From a virus (Duplodnaviria; Heunggongvirae; Uroviricota; Caudoviricetes), in IMG/VR virus record IMGVR_UViG_3300048574_000421: a stretch of 64,000 nucleotides of DNA, one strand, 5' to 3'. Below are positions 1 through 10,405 of this stretch, in pieces. The translations under genes and the position numbers were made by a program. Within the stretch, counting starts at the first letter, position 1. Each line of letters opens with the position of its first letter. The notes below the pieces were generated by a model. It was not told the origin of the DNA, did no database searches, and saw nothing but the letters and a program-made list of their open reading frames with translations.

Positions 1-269
1 ATCGAAGATGTTGCAGTCTCTTTGTATCTCCATCTGACTTTATGTAATCCAACAGGTTCATCATCAGGTACAGTCCATGGAGCAAAATACCCACCTGTAG
101 TAAATTTTAGTGGTGTACGTTCTGGTAAACCAATAACTTCATCATGACCAGACGTACAATCATAAAGAGTGTACGATGCCCAGTATGGATCTGACAAATT
201 TGCGCCTACATAAAAGAATACATTCAAATCATCTTTTGTAAGAGTCTGACCTTGTTTAAGTGAGGCCAT
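1..269 (-). CDS. Virion structural protein, Ig-like (partial, runs off window start); paralog of 289..717 and 806..1171
   Basis: Manually translated MASLKQGQTLTKDDLNVFFY...SYTLY...GGYFAPWTVP...VGLHKVRW; shares LTKDDLNVF, SYT(L/I)Y, F-A-x-W and G-x-(H/Y)-x-(V/I)-x-W with 289..717. Confidence 0.7.
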   Translation of the reverse strand, partial: MASLKQGQTLTKDDLNVFFYVGANLSDPYWASYTLYDCTSGHDEVIGLPERTPLKFTTGGYFAPWTVPDDEPVGLHKVRWRYKETATSS

Positions 270-288
270 TATTTACCTTCTTGTTTAT

Positions 289-717
289 TTATCCTGCACA
301 CATTTGACTATTACCATACTTCTTGTGTGGTAATTGCGTTCCCGAAGCATTATTCAACACTGAATAATTCATCATATCAATACTATTTACAATATCAAAA
401 TCTTCAACTTCTTCAACAAGTGGTGAATCTGAGAACCTTGCAACATTCCATTTTATTCTATATTTTCCAATATTTAGATCAATTGCTTGATTCCATGCTG
501 CAAAAAACTTTCCTATTCCAAAAGGTACAGGTGTCAAATCAATTGCTTCTAAAATTGGTTCTTCACCACATTCATGTGCATCAAATTGATTCGATAACAC
601 TCTATAAATAGTGTAAGAAATATAAAAGGGATTTATGTAATTACCTGAAGTATCTTGAATAAAAACGTTTAAATCATCTTTTGTAAGAACTTTCCCTCTA
701 TAGATTGTTGCAGACAT
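289..717 (-). CDS. Virion structural protein, Ig-like; likely start MSATIYRG at 717
   Basis: ORF 289..756; ATG at 717 preceded by AGGAAG; paralogy with both neighbours. Confidence 0.65.
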   Translation of the reverse strand: MSATIYRGKVLTKDDLNVFIQDTSGNYINPFYISYTIYRVLSNQFDAHECGEEPILEAIDLTPVPFGIGKFFAAWNQAIDLNIGKYRIKWNVARFSDSPLVEEVEDFDIVNSIDMMNYSVLNNASGTQLPHKKYGNSQMCAG

Positions 718-783
718 TTTTTTACTTCCTGTTGCAAATACTTCAATACAAAACAAGTCTACTTGTTCAGTAAGCTTGCATAT

Positions 784-798
784 ATAAAAAGTATAGAA
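784..798 (-). promoter_or_regulatory. TTCTA-N4-TTTTAT motif copy 1 (candidate phage late promoter)
   Basis: + strand ATAAAAAGTATAGAA, intergenic, upstream of a minus-strand gene. Confidence 0.7.
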
Positions 799-805
799 AA
801 AGGAT

Positions 806-1171
806 TTACGGTTTTGTGAATTTAATCACCATACCACCAGTACTTGAGCCCGGGAAAAACGACTCGGCAATAACTCTATAAAAATCTTCAAGTACTATAG
901 ATGAATTATTTATAGGATGTGTTCCAGTTGCTCTAACAAAATATGTTTCATTTTCAATAGTATTTTCAGGTATTTCCCAAGAACAAACATATTCGCCTGT
1001 CTTTCCAACCAACATATCTAACGGCGATTCATCAACAACAATGCTCTCAGTTGGTCCTACATAATAGACAATACTGTATTGTGCATTGTTGACATTAATA
1101 GTCTCACCAGTAACAATGTCACGAAAAATAAATTTTGATATTGCTATTTCATTACGTTTAAAAAACCTCAT
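806..1171 (-). CDS. Virion structural protein, Ig-like
   Basis: 121 aa, beta-rich, GEYVCSWEIP..ETYFVRATG, similar to the downstream paralogs. Confidence 0.6.
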   Translation of the reverse strand: MRFFKRNEIAISKFIFRDIVTGETINVNNAQYSIVYYVGPTESIVVDESPLDMLVGKTGEYVCSWEIPENTIENETYFVRATGTHPINNSSIVLEDFYRVIAESFFPGSSTGGMVIKFTKP

Positions 1172-1177
1172 AATCCC

Positions 1178-1387
1178 TCACATTGATCTATAATCGTCAT
1201 GCAATCTAAGATACCTGAATTGTCTTATATCTTGTGCTCTCAAAGAAGAACATTCAGGACAATCACAAGAATCAGGATCAACAAATTTTTTCTGCGTAGG
1301 ACACCAACATTCGCCTGAAGGTCCGTACCAGTCTTTTAAAATTTCATCAGATAACTCAGTAATTATTTTTTTTCTATCTTTAGGCAT
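1178..1387 (-). CDS. Small Cys-rich (Zn-binding) protein, tandem paralog 1
   Basis: WYGPSGECWCP..FVDP..CDCPEC; paralog of 1391..1582. Confidence 0.7.
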   Translation of the reverse strand: MPKDRKKIITELSDEILKDWYGPSGECWCPTQKKFVDPDSCDCPECSSLRAQDIRQFRYLRLHDDYRSM

Positions 1388-1390
1388 TTT

Positions 1391-1582
1391 TCACCACGAA
1401 ATATCTTTAGGTCTTAAATATTTGGGAGGATGATCATTTGATTGATCTATAGGTTCGCATTCAACACAATCAGTCTCTTGAGGATCTACAAATTCTTTTA
1501 ATTCATCACACCAACATTGGCCTGATGGACCATCCCAAGTTTTAATTATTTCATTTGCTATCTTTTTTACGTTCTTATGCAT
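1391..1582 (-). CDS. Small Cys-rich (Zn-binding) protein, tandem paralog 2
   Basis: WDGPSGQCWCD..FVDP..DCVEC; N-terminal KKIANEII. Confidence 0.7.
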   Translation of the reverse strand: MHKNVKKIANEIIKTWDGPSGQCWCDELKEFVDPQETDCVECEPIDQSNDHPPKYLRPKDISW

Positions 1583-1597
1583 GTTTTACATGCAACC

Positions 1598-1612
1598 ATA
1601 AAACCTTTAGAA
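1598..1612 (-). promoter_or_regulatory. TTCTA-N4-TTTTAT motif copy 2
   Basis: + strand ATAAAACCTTTAGAA, intergenic. Confidence 0.7.
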
Positions 1613-1615
1613 AAA

Positions 1616-1840
1616 CTAAGAACAAGATATCTTGACTGAACCTCTCTTAGTCCAAAGTTCGCATTGTATACTATTAGGATCCCAATTTGCATGAATTGTG
1701 CCCGGACTATCCATAATAATACCTACTACACAAGCATAACCAGTGCAATTCATTATAGACTTTTTATCTACCCAAGGATGACTTCTTGTTTCTATGCAAA
1801 AATGACAAGTATTACACTGTTCCCATTTTCTTTCAGTCAT
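1616..1840 (-). CDS. Hypothetical Cys-rich protein
   Basis: CxxCxxC...C...CELW pattern typical of small phage proteins. Confidence 0.55.
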   Translation of the reverse strand: MTERKWEQCNTCHFCIETRSHPWVDKKSIMNCTGYACVVGIIMDSPGTIHANWDPNSIQCELWTKRGSVKISCS

Positions 1841-1958
1841 TTATCATCCCAAATTTTATCTTCATCACTATCCCAATCTTCAGCAAATAGAGATTCTGAT
1901 AGTTTTAACAAATCTTCTATTTTATCATCATCATCAAAATCTTCTTCAGAATTTTCGT

Positions 1959-2609
1959 TCATAGTCTTTCAAACTCAACACTTTGTTGACTTCTAAACTT
2001 ATACTTTACTGGTATAACACCAGCTTTATAAAGTTCTTTAATCGTATAAGAATCAAAACTATTCGCAATAACTACACCCAAAACATTTTCGTACATTCTA
2101 TTAATCAACCATAACTTGAATTGTATAACATATTTATCGATCTGTCCTACAACATCATGATATGCACCACTTTTTTTTACTTCGATTGGATAAGCAGTTA
2201 TTTTATCTTGTGCAACTAAATCAACTCTACCAAATCTTGTCTCTAATTCAGTACACGAACAATGAAAATCAGATTCTGCTCCAAGACACATTCTTAAATT
2301 ATCTTGTGATAACATAATAGCTTTTACTAAATCTTCTTGTTTTGAAAAAAGAGTCTCTTCTTCTTGTCTTGGAAAACTTTTTGCTTCACTACAATCTAAA
2401 GATTTTGAAAAAACAAGATTATTGTCAATAGCATTTCCAAGCTCGACTAAATGTTTCCAACGATGATCTTTTTTCAAAGGCTCAAACAATATTTCATTGT
2501 TATCAAACTCTTCTCTAAGAAAATGCAAATACATTTTTGCATTACTTGTATCACCAAGTAATGTGCTATTTAAAACTAAATAGTAAAGAGTTTCTACAAA
2601 ATTTGACAT
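1959..2609 (-). CDS. PD-(D/E)XK nuclease, NucS/EndoMS C-terminal-like domain
   Basis: E-x5-GRVDLVA...PIEVKK...VGQIDKY motif. Confidence 0.7.
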   Translation of the reverse strand: MSNFVETLYYLVLNSTLLGDTSNAKMYLHFLREEFDNNEILFEPLKKDHRWKHLVELGNAIDNNLVFSKSLDCSEAKSFPRQEEETLFSKQEDLVKAIMLSQDNLRMCLGAESDFHCSCTELETRFGRVDLVAQDKITAYPIEVKKSGAYHDVVGQIDKYVIQFKLWLINRMYENVLGVVIANSFDSYTIKELYKAGVIPVKYKFRSQQSVEFERL

Positions 2610-2875
2610 TACACTTGACGTTCAAGATTTAAAGGTTCTGTTTCAATTTCGTCTTTTTCTATGAATTTTTCTGTTTTATCTCTCACTTTGACTTTTTTTG
2701 TTTTTGCAACACCATTCTCTTGACGAGCTACTTGAATGTTAATGTGCGCAAATAATTCATTTACATCAGCTGAAAACTCAATTCTTTGAGCACGTTCTAA
2801 TTGTTTATCGTCAACAAAAATTTTTGTTCCAGCAGTAGTTCCATTTGTCTCGATTCTAATACTTTTATATTTCAA
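2609..2875 (-). CDS. Hypothetical protein
   Basis: 88-aa ORF, GGAG RBS, stop overlaps the next start. Confidence 0.65.
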   Translation of the reverse strand: MKYKSIRIETNGTTAGTKIFVDDKQLERAQRIEFSADVNELFAHINIQVARQENGVAKTKKVKVRDKTEKFIEKDEIETEPLNLERQV

Positions 2876-2884
2876 ATTTCCTCC

Positions 2885-3391
2885 TTAAAAAATTTTTTCA
2901 AATTTATTTCTAACTTCGCGACTAACAACAGGCTGTACTCTATAAGTCTGAATACTTTCATCTTGAATTATTTTTATGCCCTCAATATTTCCCACAATCT
3001 TACCTATAGTTTTATCTATGTTATTCAAGTTTTTGGGTACAAGATCAACTTCATAACTATGATACATTCTAAATAAATTTTTTGTCGCTTTATTCATTCT
3101 AAAATATAAAAGAGTCTCACCACAACTTGTTATTTCTGATTTCATTGATTTTAATTGCTTTGCAACATTTTCTTGTATTGCAGTTTTGTCAATCATTCCT
3201 GGACTACGACGTTCATACGATTCACCTGTTATCAAATCATATCTTAAATCTCTAATTGCAACATCTGATGACACAAACTGAAAATCATAAAATTTAAAAA
3301 AATCTTTATAAGAAATAATATGTTGTGAGATAACATCAGATGTTATCTTTTCTTGTTGCAATAAAAATCTAAATTTATTCATTTTTGACAT
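2885..3391 (-). CDS. Hypothetical protein
   Basis: 168-aa ORF within an operon. Confidence 0.65.
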   Translation of the reverse strand: MSKMNKFRFLLQQEKITSDVISQHIISYKDFFKFYDFQFVSSDVAIRDLRYDLITGESYERRSPGMIDKTAIQENVAKQLKSMKSEITSCGETLLYFRMNKATKNLFRMYHSYEVDLVPKNLNNIDKTIGKIVGNIEGIKIIQDESIQTYRVQPVVSREVRNKFEKIF

Positions 3392-3618
3392 TTAGGTACT
3401 AAAAATAACTGACTATCATCAATAATTTGATCGTTAATTTTTTTCAGGACACCATGATAAATTTCAAGTTTAGATCCTTTAACTCTCGCTTCATTTCTCG
3501 CAGTTTTAAGATCGTCATAAGGTCCAATATAGAAATCATCACGAACTTTAACAAAAAACCCTTGTTGTGTAGTCATTACTATTCCCTTATCTTTCAAACA
3601 TCTTTTTTTGCATTTCAA
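3379..3618 (-). CDS. Hypothetical protein (probable start MTTQQG)
   Basis: IGPYDDLKTARNEA motif typical of small phage proteins. Confidence 0.55.
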   Translation of the reverse strand: MKCKKRCLKDKGIVMTTQQGFFVKVRDDFYIGPYDDLKTARNEARVKGSKLEIYHGVLKKINDQIIDDSQLFLVPKCQK

Positions 3619-3772
3619 TTATTTGTTTACCTACATAAATTCTATGTTTACCTTTTGTTCTCCCTGCAATAAAATGTTTTTCTCTATCCCAAGATCTTAA
3701 AGTAGACCTACTAACACATAAAAATTCAGCTGCTTCTTTTAATTTATAAATCTTGTCTATCTCTATTTTCAT
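3587..3772 (-). CDS. MerR/excisionase-type HTH DNA-binding protein (like the IS607 TnpA N-terminus)
   Basis: YKLKEAAEFLCVSRSTLRSWDRE..RTKGKHRIY. Confidence 0.8.
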   Translation of the reverse strand: MKIEIDKIYKLKEAAEFLCVSRSTLRSWDREKHFIAGRTKGKHRIYVGKQIIEMQKKMFER

Positions 3773-3813
3773 TATTTAAAACTTTCCAAAAATTAGCAGT
3801 AATTCACTTCAGT

Positions 3814-3848
3814 AAAAATAAAAAAGCCCAAGTTGTAATACCTGGGCT
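3814..3848 (-). terminator. Rho-independent terminator after 3901..4209
   Basis: Minus strand AGCCCAGG-loop-CTTGGGCT followed by a T-run. Confidence 0.7.
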
Positions 3849-3900
3849 AAGAGAACAAGATCTTATGTCTTGTGTTCTCTCATTGCAGAAAAATTCATAA

Positions 3901-4209
3901 TTAAGCAGCTGCTGGCATCTTCATTTTGTTGATCGTGTCTTGCACTTGATCTTCTAACGGACGCATATTTTTCTCTAATTCAGCTAGAAACTGCTCCCAA
4001 ACTTTCTCTTTAAACTTTATATCAAGATTTTTATATGGGACTTTTGTCTTACCCTGAGGAAATGTTCTTGAATTTATATATTCAAGAAAAGCTTTGTTAA
4101 TTTCTTTATAATGTTGTTTCAAATATTGTTTCGAAACTGAAGCAAACTTTTCGATAAATTCAAGACAAAGTATCTCTTCAGCTGTCTTAAAAATAGCTTC
4201 TTTATTCAT
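3901..4209 (-). CDS. Hypothetical protein, candidate internal virion protein
   Basis: N-terminal IFKTAEEIL motif; has its own promoter motif and terminator. Confidence 0.65.
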   Translation of the reverse strand: MNKEAIFKTAEEILCLEFIEKFASVSKQYLKQHYKEINKAFLEYINSRTFPQGKTKVPYKNLDIKFKEKVWEQFLAELEKNMRPLEDQVQDTINKMKMPAAA

Positions 4210-4262
4210 TTATTTTTCCTTGAAAAAGTACACTTTTTTATTCTAACATTAAAGAACAAAAG

Positions 4263-4277
4263 ATAAAAACAATAGAA
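4263..4277 (-). promoter_or_regulatory. TTCTA-N4-TTTTAT motif copy 3
   Basis: + strand ATAAAAACAATAGAA. Confidence 0.7.
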
Positions 4278-4293
4278 AGGTAAGAATTAGCAT

Positions 4294-4506
4294 ATGTCTG
4301 AATGTAAAAAATGCAAATGCAAGTATTTTTTCACTGCAAGAAAAGCTCAACATTATGGTCTTTTTTGCAAAAAATGTCTATCTTGGTTAAAATGGATTCC
4401 TATGTCGCAAGTTGACTTTTCATCAACAATTCACGATATATCAAAATATCAAAAATCTACAAATAGCTTGAAATATGATCAAAAATTATCTTATTCTCGC
4501 AGGTAG
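4294..4506 (+). CDS. Small zinc-finger protein
   Basis: CKKC...HYGLFCKKCLSWLKWI, a recurrent small phage Zn-ribbon pattern. Confidence 0.55.
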   Translation: MSECKKCKCKYFFTARKAQHYGLFCKKCLSWLKWIPMSQVDFSSTIHDISKYQKSTNSLKYDQKLSYSRR

Positions 4507-5086
4507 AACAAATTGCAATTTCATTATACTCTATTAAATCATGACATTTTTTCTTGCAAATCGCACAAGTATTGATTTCTTTTTCAGCTTCAACAAATTC
4601 TGGAACAAATTTATCTCTAATAAAAACAAACGTTTTTTCAAGTTCATATTTATTTTCAGGCTGACCTGAACATCTCATAACAAGACCCGTATCGTCACCA
4701 CCATCATAATTAAATGACTCTATTGACCATTGTAACAATCCAAATTTCTCTCTTATTTTTGTTGCTAATCTCGAACTATTAAAACAAATTCTAATTTCAA
4801 GTTCTATTTGTTGTTTGTCTAATTTATCATTAGAAGATAAACGAAAATCTACAAAACATAACCCTTCAAGACGTTTTCCGTTTTTATCTTCAAACATAAT
4901 GTAATCGATGTCGACGTCACCAAAAAAAGTTTTCAAAAACTCTTCAAACCCTATTAGCCAACAACGACTTTCATTAGTATTTGACAACCAAAATTTGCAC
5001 GAATTATTTTGTACGCATTCTTCCCCATCTACTAAACACTTATTTGTATATGGGAAATATTGTTTCATAACATTTTCAGAGCTCAT
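4457..5086 (-). CDS. Hypothetical protein with N- and C-terminal Cys clusters
   Basis: 209 aa; C-terminal CAIC...CSTC. Confidence 0.65.
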   Translation of the reverse strand: MSSENVMKQYFPYTNKCLVDGEECVQNNSCKFWLSNTNESRCWLIGFEEFLKTFFGDVDIDYIMFEDKNGKRLEGLCFVDFRLSSNDKLDKQQIELEIRICFNSSRLATKIREKFGLLQWSIESFNYDGGDDTGLVMRCSGQPENKYELEKTFVFIRDKFVPEFVEAEKEINTCAICKKKCHDLIEYNEIAICSTCENKIIFDHISSYL

Positions 5087-5319
5087 ATATGCTTTCTCGC
5101 TATACTTTTTCTACATCCCATTGTCCTGCAAACAGGACAAGCCGCGCGTATTCTCAATCCTATTTCAAACGTATTCATATAACCAAATAACCTAAATCTT
5201 TTTCACACCGGCACGGTGTATTTCTAATTCTTGTCTCACAATATTTATAAACTAAATTTAAAGAGTTTTTATCAAGAGTTTTGTGTCACTTGTTTTCAAT
5301 TTCTTATATACAAAAAATG

Positions 5320-5339
5320 CTATACGATATATCGTATAG
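5320..5339. promoter_or_regulatory. Perfect 20-bp palindrome, candidate operator
   Basis: CTATACGATATATCGTATAG is its own reverse complement. Confidence 0.5.
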
Positions 5340-5404
5340 GACAAAAATAAACATTTTCCAAACAAAAAACATTCAATCAAATAAAACAACGTAAATGTTA
5401 AACA

Positions 5405-5439
5405 AAGGGCCTCTAGCCATAACAAGACTAGAGGCCCTT
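5405..5439 (-). terminator. Rho-independent terminator after 5491..5877
   Basis: AAGGGCCTCTAG...CTAGAGGCCCTT 12-bp stem. Confidence 0.7.
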
Positions 5440-5490
5440 ATAATAACTATATTTGTTTTGTCTTTGTATGCTTAGCCTTCACGAACTTAC

Positions 5491-5877
5491 TCAATACACA
5501 TTTAAAGTTGCACCATTCCATGATGCATACACACGACCTTCTCTTACACTGCCAGTACCGTCATCACAAAATGTAACTTTAAAGTCTCCAATAAGAGTGT
5601 TTACGCCCAAATGAAACTCTAAAAAACTTGCTTCTTCTATTTTTTGATAATGATGATTTTGTTCTTTAAAAAGAACATTAAAATTTTCAGCTTTCAAGCT
5701 CATTATGTTTCTTGCACCCTTAGTCAACTCTCTATAAGACAAATTTTTGTTTGGCTCTACAGTTTCACATACTTGGCAGATCACAGGTGTACCAACTATT
5801 TGTTCAGGTAAACCATTAAGAGGTGGTGCTTCTTGACAATCTAATGCTGCATAAATGACTTTAGTTTTTTCACGCAT
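5491..5877 (-). CDS. Hypothetical protein
   Basis: 128-aa ORF directly after the GT2 gene. Confidence 0.6.
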   Translation of the reverse strand: MREKTKVIYAALDCQEAPPLNGLPEQIVGTPVICQVCETVEPNKNLSYRELTKGARNIMSLKAENFNVLFKEQNHHYQKIEEASFLEFHLGVNTLIGDFKVTFCDDGTGSVREGRVYASWNGATLNVY

Positions 5878-5881
5878 AGTT

Positions 5882-6616
5882 TTACTCTTTTAATTTTAAA
5901 TCGTCTGAAGTAAGTTGCTTATTTAATTTTAATGCTTTATCGATTTGTGCGAAAAGTTTTCTTCGTTTATCGCATTGTTTTAAAAAATGAGAGTTTTTTC
6001 TAATAGAATAAACATCTCTAAACGAACCTTTTAAACAAATAGATTTTGGAAACAAACCACATGAACCACCTAAACTAAAAATCAAATTCCCTAGAAACTC
6101 ATCTTCTTCTCCGTAAAAACCATCAAAACAAGAATTAAAAAGTCTTTGTTCTTGAAGAGCTTTGATTTTTGAAATCATTTCTTTTTTTATAACAAACCCG
6201 CAAGTATAAACGTTGTTATAATAATCTTGAAACACAGGATTTAGTGTAAATTCATCTTTTGTAAAAATAGTACGACAATCATTTTCTATTCTTATCAGGC
6301 ATATGTCATACAAACTTACTGCTTTTAAAACAAGTTCTTCATTCAAACCCGAAGGTATTCTATCGCCATCTAAGAACAATGTGTCATCATTTTCTAAAGC
6401 ATTCAAACCCAAATCACGAGTATAACCAGCCATAAAGCCTGAACCAGTCTCATTAAGAACAAATTTTTCTCCAAGTTCTGCAGCTTTTTTTGCACCTTCA
6501 AAACATCTATCAAATGCAAAAACTCTTTTAAAACTGGGAAGACATGCTTTTAAAGCGTCTCTCATTTCTTCAATATTTTGTTGTTGATCTTTTGAAACTA
6601 TAACAACATTGCTCAT
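5882..6616 (-). CDS. Glycosyltransferase, GT-A fold (GT2-like)
   Basis: VVIVSKDQ, AGYTRDLGL, LFLDGD (DxD), FDGFYGEEDEFL. Confidence 0.8.
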   Translation of the reverse strand: MSNVVIVSKDQQQNIEEMRDALKACLPSFKRVFAFDRCFEGAKKAAELGEKFVLNETGSGFMAGYTRDLGLNALENDDTLFLDGDRIPSGLNEELVLKAVSLYDICLIRIENDCRTIFTKDEFTLNPVFQDYYNNVYTCGFVIKKEMISKIKALQEQRLFNSCFDGFYGEEDEFLGNLIFSLGGSCGLFPKSICLKGSFRDVYSIRKNSHFLKQCDKRRKLFAQIDKALKLNKQLTSDDLKLKE

Positions 6617-6631
6617 TTTTACCTCAATACT

Positions 6632-6910
6632 TTAGTTGCGAACATAACAAAATGTTTTTAAACTTCTGATAGCATTAGCATATTTCAATGCAGGAATTTG
6701 ACTTGCAGCATCCTCGTTAAAATAACTATCTTTTAAATTCTCTCTATTTTGTGGGTCTTCAAAAGAAAAAATACATTTTGAGCTTTCTTTGTCAGTCTTG
6801 ACTATCTTGCAACCTACACACTGTAGAAATGATGCAAAATACAAATCACTTGTTTTAATAATATTGCTCATTACTGGGCTCCTTAGAATTACTGCATTAA
6901 TCATTTTCAA
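6632..6910 (-). CDS. DUF5659-like small protein (probable start MSNIIKTSDLY)
   Basis: KTSDLYFASFL..G.KI......FSFED...Y..AIRSLK pattern. Confidence 0.6.
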   Translation of the reverse strand: MKMINAVILRSPVMSNIIKTSDLYFASFLQCVGCKIVKTDKESSKCIFSFEDPQNRENLKDSYFNEDAASQIPALKYANAIRSLKTFCYVRN

Positions 6911-6959
6911 AATCTAAGATGTTTAAAGTCTACACACTGTAATCATAAACTTTATCATA

Positions 6960-6974
6960 ATAAAAACTATAGAA
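6960..6974 (-). promoter_or_regulatory. TTCTA-N4-TTTTAT motif copy 4
   Basis: + strand ATAAAAACTATAGAA in the divergent intergenic region. Confidence 0.7.
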
Positions 6975-7050
6975 AAACAAAACTTTCGTTGTTTTTTTCT
7001 TGTTTTTATAACGTATCTACTACAAAACAGCTTGCTCTTAACTTTAGGGA

Positions 7051-10000
7051 GTGAAAATGGCATATAATGAACGCCTCATCGATTCAACATTAAATCAAGT
7101 AATTGATAATCTTGTAAATTATGTTGCAACATCGACAAATACAATTCGAATACCATCAAACATGACTGTCATAGGAAACATAACAGTTCCAAAATCGTGT
7201 TCACTATTCTTTTCAAATGGTGCTAGGTTGATTCATAGCACTTATACGCTTACATTTCATGGAAATATAGTAGGCGACCCAATGTGGCAAATATTTGATG
7301 GTACAGGAGTTGTAACGTTTAATAATGGCTCTGTACCTCATGTTAGACCTGAATGGTGGGGTGTAGATTATTCTGTAGATTGCACATCATCAGTCCAAAA
7401 AGCTATTAATTCAGTTTCTACTGGTGGTGTTGTAATTTTATCAGCAGCAAACTACATTATCAATGGTCCTCTTACAAATAATACGGGTGCTATCATCGTA
7501 AACTATAGCAACGTCAATTTATTTAATCTTCTTCCTGCAAGTTCTTTTTTTAGAGGCGTCACTTTTGGAGGTTCTCTAGAAGCTAAAACTGGTATTTTTA
7601 ACAGTGCATCAATTCCAAAACTTTCAAATCTTAATACTAATGGAGTTATAAGAACATCAGGAAGTGATGGAACATTAATTGTTGATACAGTTGGTGTTTT
7701 TGGACCTACAGGAGTTCAAGGTTCAACAGGAACACAAGGTTCTACTGGTCTAAAAGGTGAAACTGGTATCCAAGGTTTTACTGGACTATCAGGTGTTGGT
7801 GCTCAAGGTACTACAGGAATACAAGGTGAAACTGGTGTCAAAGGTGAAACTGGCATTCAAGGTGAAACAGGAATAAAAGGTGATACAGGAATACAAGGTA
7901 TCACAGGTATTGGTTATATAGGTTCTGATGGTGCAACAGGACTTCAAGGTGAGACTGGTATTCAGGGTCAAACTGGGACACAAGGTGAAACTGGATTACA
8001 AGGTAGAACGGGTATTGGTGGTTCTACAGGCTTTAGAGGATTTACTGGTGCTCAAGGTTTACAAGGCCAAACAGGTATACAAGGTCATACTGGATTACAA
8101 GGTACTATAGGAATTCAAGGTGCAACTGGTTCTCAAGGCTTTACAGGTTTTGGTGTAACTGGTAATCAAGGACATACAGGTCTTGGTTTCACAGGTTTGC
8201 AAGGACCTACAGGAGTACAAGGAACAACAGGTACGCAAGGTCAAACAGGCGTACAAGGTAGTACTGGTATAGGTTCTGTAGGAATACAAGGTGAAACAGG
8301 AGTTGGTTATACAGGAATTCAGGGACATACAGGTATCCAAGGCGACACAGGTTTGGGTGCAACAGGACTTCAAGGTATTACAGGAACAATTGGTGAAACA
8401 GGACTACAAGGTAGTACTGGAGTTCAAGGAGTAACAGGATTAGGTTATACTGGTATTCAAGGTCCTACTGGAGCTTATGGTGGTCCTCAAGGGGATACAG
8501 GCCTTCAAGGCGTTCAAGGACCTACTGGAGCTTATGGAGGTCCTCAAGGTGCTACTGGTCTGCAAGGCATACAAGGTCAAGGTGGACCCCAAGGTGATCA
8601 AGGAGAGACTGGTTTAGCTGGCATCGGAATTACTGGTGTTCAAGGTTTAACAGGTTCACAAGGACAAACAGGAATTCAAGGTCAAACTGGTTTAGGAATT
8701 CAAGGTCAAACTGGTGTACAAGGTGTTACTGGTACACCAGGAACTCAAGGAATTACTGGTATTCAGGGAAATACAGGTTTTGGTATTCAAGGAACAACTG
8801 GTTTACAAGGCATACAAGGCCAAGGTGGTCCTATAGGTGACAAAGGTGAAACAGGAGTTGGTTTTACAGGTATTCAGGGACAAACAGGACTTCAAGGTAT
8901 TCAAGGAAATACAGGTATTGGCGTTCAAGGTCCTACAGGAGCTTATGGTGGTCCTCAAGGTGAAACAGGAGTTAAAGGTGAAACAGGAGTTCAGGGAGAA
9001 ACAGGACTTCAAGGCATAAAAGGTGACACAGGAGTACAAGGCGACACTGGAATTCAAGGATTCACTGGTGTAAAAGGTGATACAGGTATAGGTTTCCAAG
9101 GAGAGACAGGAACTCAAGGCATACAAGGTTCTACTGGTACAATTGGAGAAACAGGATTACAAGGTATTACAGGATTAATTGGTTATACAGGAATTCAGGG
9201 AACACAAGGACCTACAGGAGCTTATGGTGGTCCTCAAGGTGAAACTGGTCTTCAAGGTCCTGCAGGAATTCAGGGCGAAACAGGTTCTTTAGGCTTAGGT
9301 GGATCTACAGGTTTACAAGGCTCAACAGGTCTTCAAGGCCTTGTAGGATCACAAGGTTTAACAGGTATACAAGGTGAAACAGGTCCGCAAGGTTACGGAG
9401 AAACTGGTCTTCAAGGCGTAACTGGGTCACAAGGTTCTGCAGGTCTCCAAGGAGAGACAGGAATACAAGGTAATACAGGTTTTGGACTTCAGGGCGTTAC
9501 TGGTTTCCAGGGAGAAACAGGATCACAAGGTGATAGTGGAGAAACAGGATTACAAGGTACAACTGGTCTAGAAGGAGTCACTGGTTTACAAGGCATAACA
9601 GGTTTTCAAGGAACAACAGGACTTTATGGTTTTACAGGAGTTCAGGGAGAAACAGGCTTACAAGGTAATGGTGCAACAGGATTACAGGGAACAACAGGTA
9701 TTCAAGGTTCTACAGGTTTTCAAGGAACAACAGGTCTTGCTGTAAATCCTTCTTCATTTTCTTTTAATAATGTTGCACGCTATGAAGTGATCGGAGCTTC
9801 TGGTGAAGAAGTATGGGTTGAGTCAAGTTCTACAGTTTATCAAAGGCTTACTTGGTCAAGAACAGGAACATCATTAACGATTGACTTGAATAATCATGGT
9901 CACACAGCAGGAAACAGAGTTATTGTAAGAAATACTAACGTTGATTATCAAGTTGCTACTATTGATTCAACCACACAAAACTCATTTGTTATAACGACAT

Positions 10001-10386
10001 CTAACACAGGTGATGCTTCAGGTACTGAAGGAGCATATACACTTGGTTTTACATTTTCTCATACAGGTTCTCCAAAAACTGGCGGAGTATTATCTGCTCC
10101 TACAGGTAGTCATGCTGATGTACAGTTAATTGCATTGAGAATAAGAACAGGTACACGTTCAAGCACTACTTACGAACTGACTGTTCCTGCAAGCGCTGTA
10201 AATGGTGCAGGTACTAATACTTCTTTAGGCAATTGCTTTATACCAGATTTTAATGTTCGTTCTGATAATGACAATCTTGGCGCTGTTGGTTCTACAATAG
10301 TTGTCAATAATTCATCATCAGGTTATAACGTTTTCCGTTTTGGAAACTTGGGATCACTATCGGTAATTATCGTAACTCATTTCTAA
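7051..10386 (+). CDS. Collagen-like virion fibre protein with a tailspike-like N-terminal region
   Basis: About 690 aa of (GxT-GxQ)n with short interruptions; N-terminal [19 protein letters not shown]; beta-rich C-terminal domain. Confidence 0.85.
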   Translation: MKMAYNERLIDSTLNQVIDNLVNYVATSTNTIRIPSNMTVIGNITVPKSCSLFFSNGARLIHSTYTLTFHGNIVGDPMWQIFDGTGVVTFNNGSVPHVRPEWWGVDYSVDCTSSVQKAINSVSTGGVVILSAANYIINGPLTNNTGAIIVNYSNVNLFNLLPASSFFRGVTFGGSLEAKTGIFNSASIPKLSNLNTNGVIRTSGSDGTLIVDTVGVFGPTGVQGSTGTQGSTGLKGETGIQGFTGLSGVGAQGTTGIQGETGVKGETGIQGETGIKGDTGIQGITGIGYIGSDGATGLQGETGIQGQTGTQGETGLQGRTGIGGSTGFRGFTGAQGLQGQTGIQGHTGLQGTIGIQGATGSQGFTGFGVTGNQGHTGLGFTGLQGPTGVQGTTGTQGQTGVQGSTGIGSVGIQGETGVGYTGIQGHTGIQGDTGLGATGLQGITGTIGETGLQGSTGVQGVTGLGYTGIQGPTGAYGGPQGDTGLQGVQGPTGAYGGPQGATGLQGIQGQGGPQGDQGETGLAGIGITGVQGLTGSQGQTGIQGQTGLGIQGQTGVQGVTGTPGTQGITGIQGNTGFGIQGTTGLQGIQGQGGPIGDKGETGVGFTGIQGQTGLQGIQGNTGIGVQGPTGAYGGPQGETGVKGETGVQGETGLQGIKGDTGVQGDTGIQGFTGVKGDTGIGFQGETGTQGIQGSTGTIGETGLQGITGLIGYTGIQGTQGPTGAYGGPQGETGLQGPAGIQGETGSLGLGGSTGLQGSTGLQGLVGSQGLTGIQGETGPQGYGETGLQGVTGSQGSAGLQGETGIQGNTGFGLQGVTGFQGETGSQGDSGETGLQGTTGLEGVTGLQGITGFQGTTGLYGFTGVQGETGLQGNGATGLQGTTGIQGSTGFQGTTGLAVNPSSFSFNNVARYEVIGASGEEVWVESSSTVYQRLTWSRTGTSLTIDLNNHGHTAGNRVIVRNTNVDYQVATIDSTTQNSFVITTSNTGDASGTEGAYTLGFTFSHTGSPKTGGVLSAPTGSHADVQLIALRIRTGTRSSTTYELTVPASAVNGAGTNTSLGNCFIPDFNVRSDNDNLGAVGSTIVVNNSSSGYNVFRFGNLGSLSVIIVTHF

Positions 10387-10405
10387 AAAGAGAGTAGAAT
10401 GTTTT

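Noticed and set aside
3587-3880. IS607 element
   Set aside because: Only the HTH domain is present; there is no serine recombinase domain or tnpB
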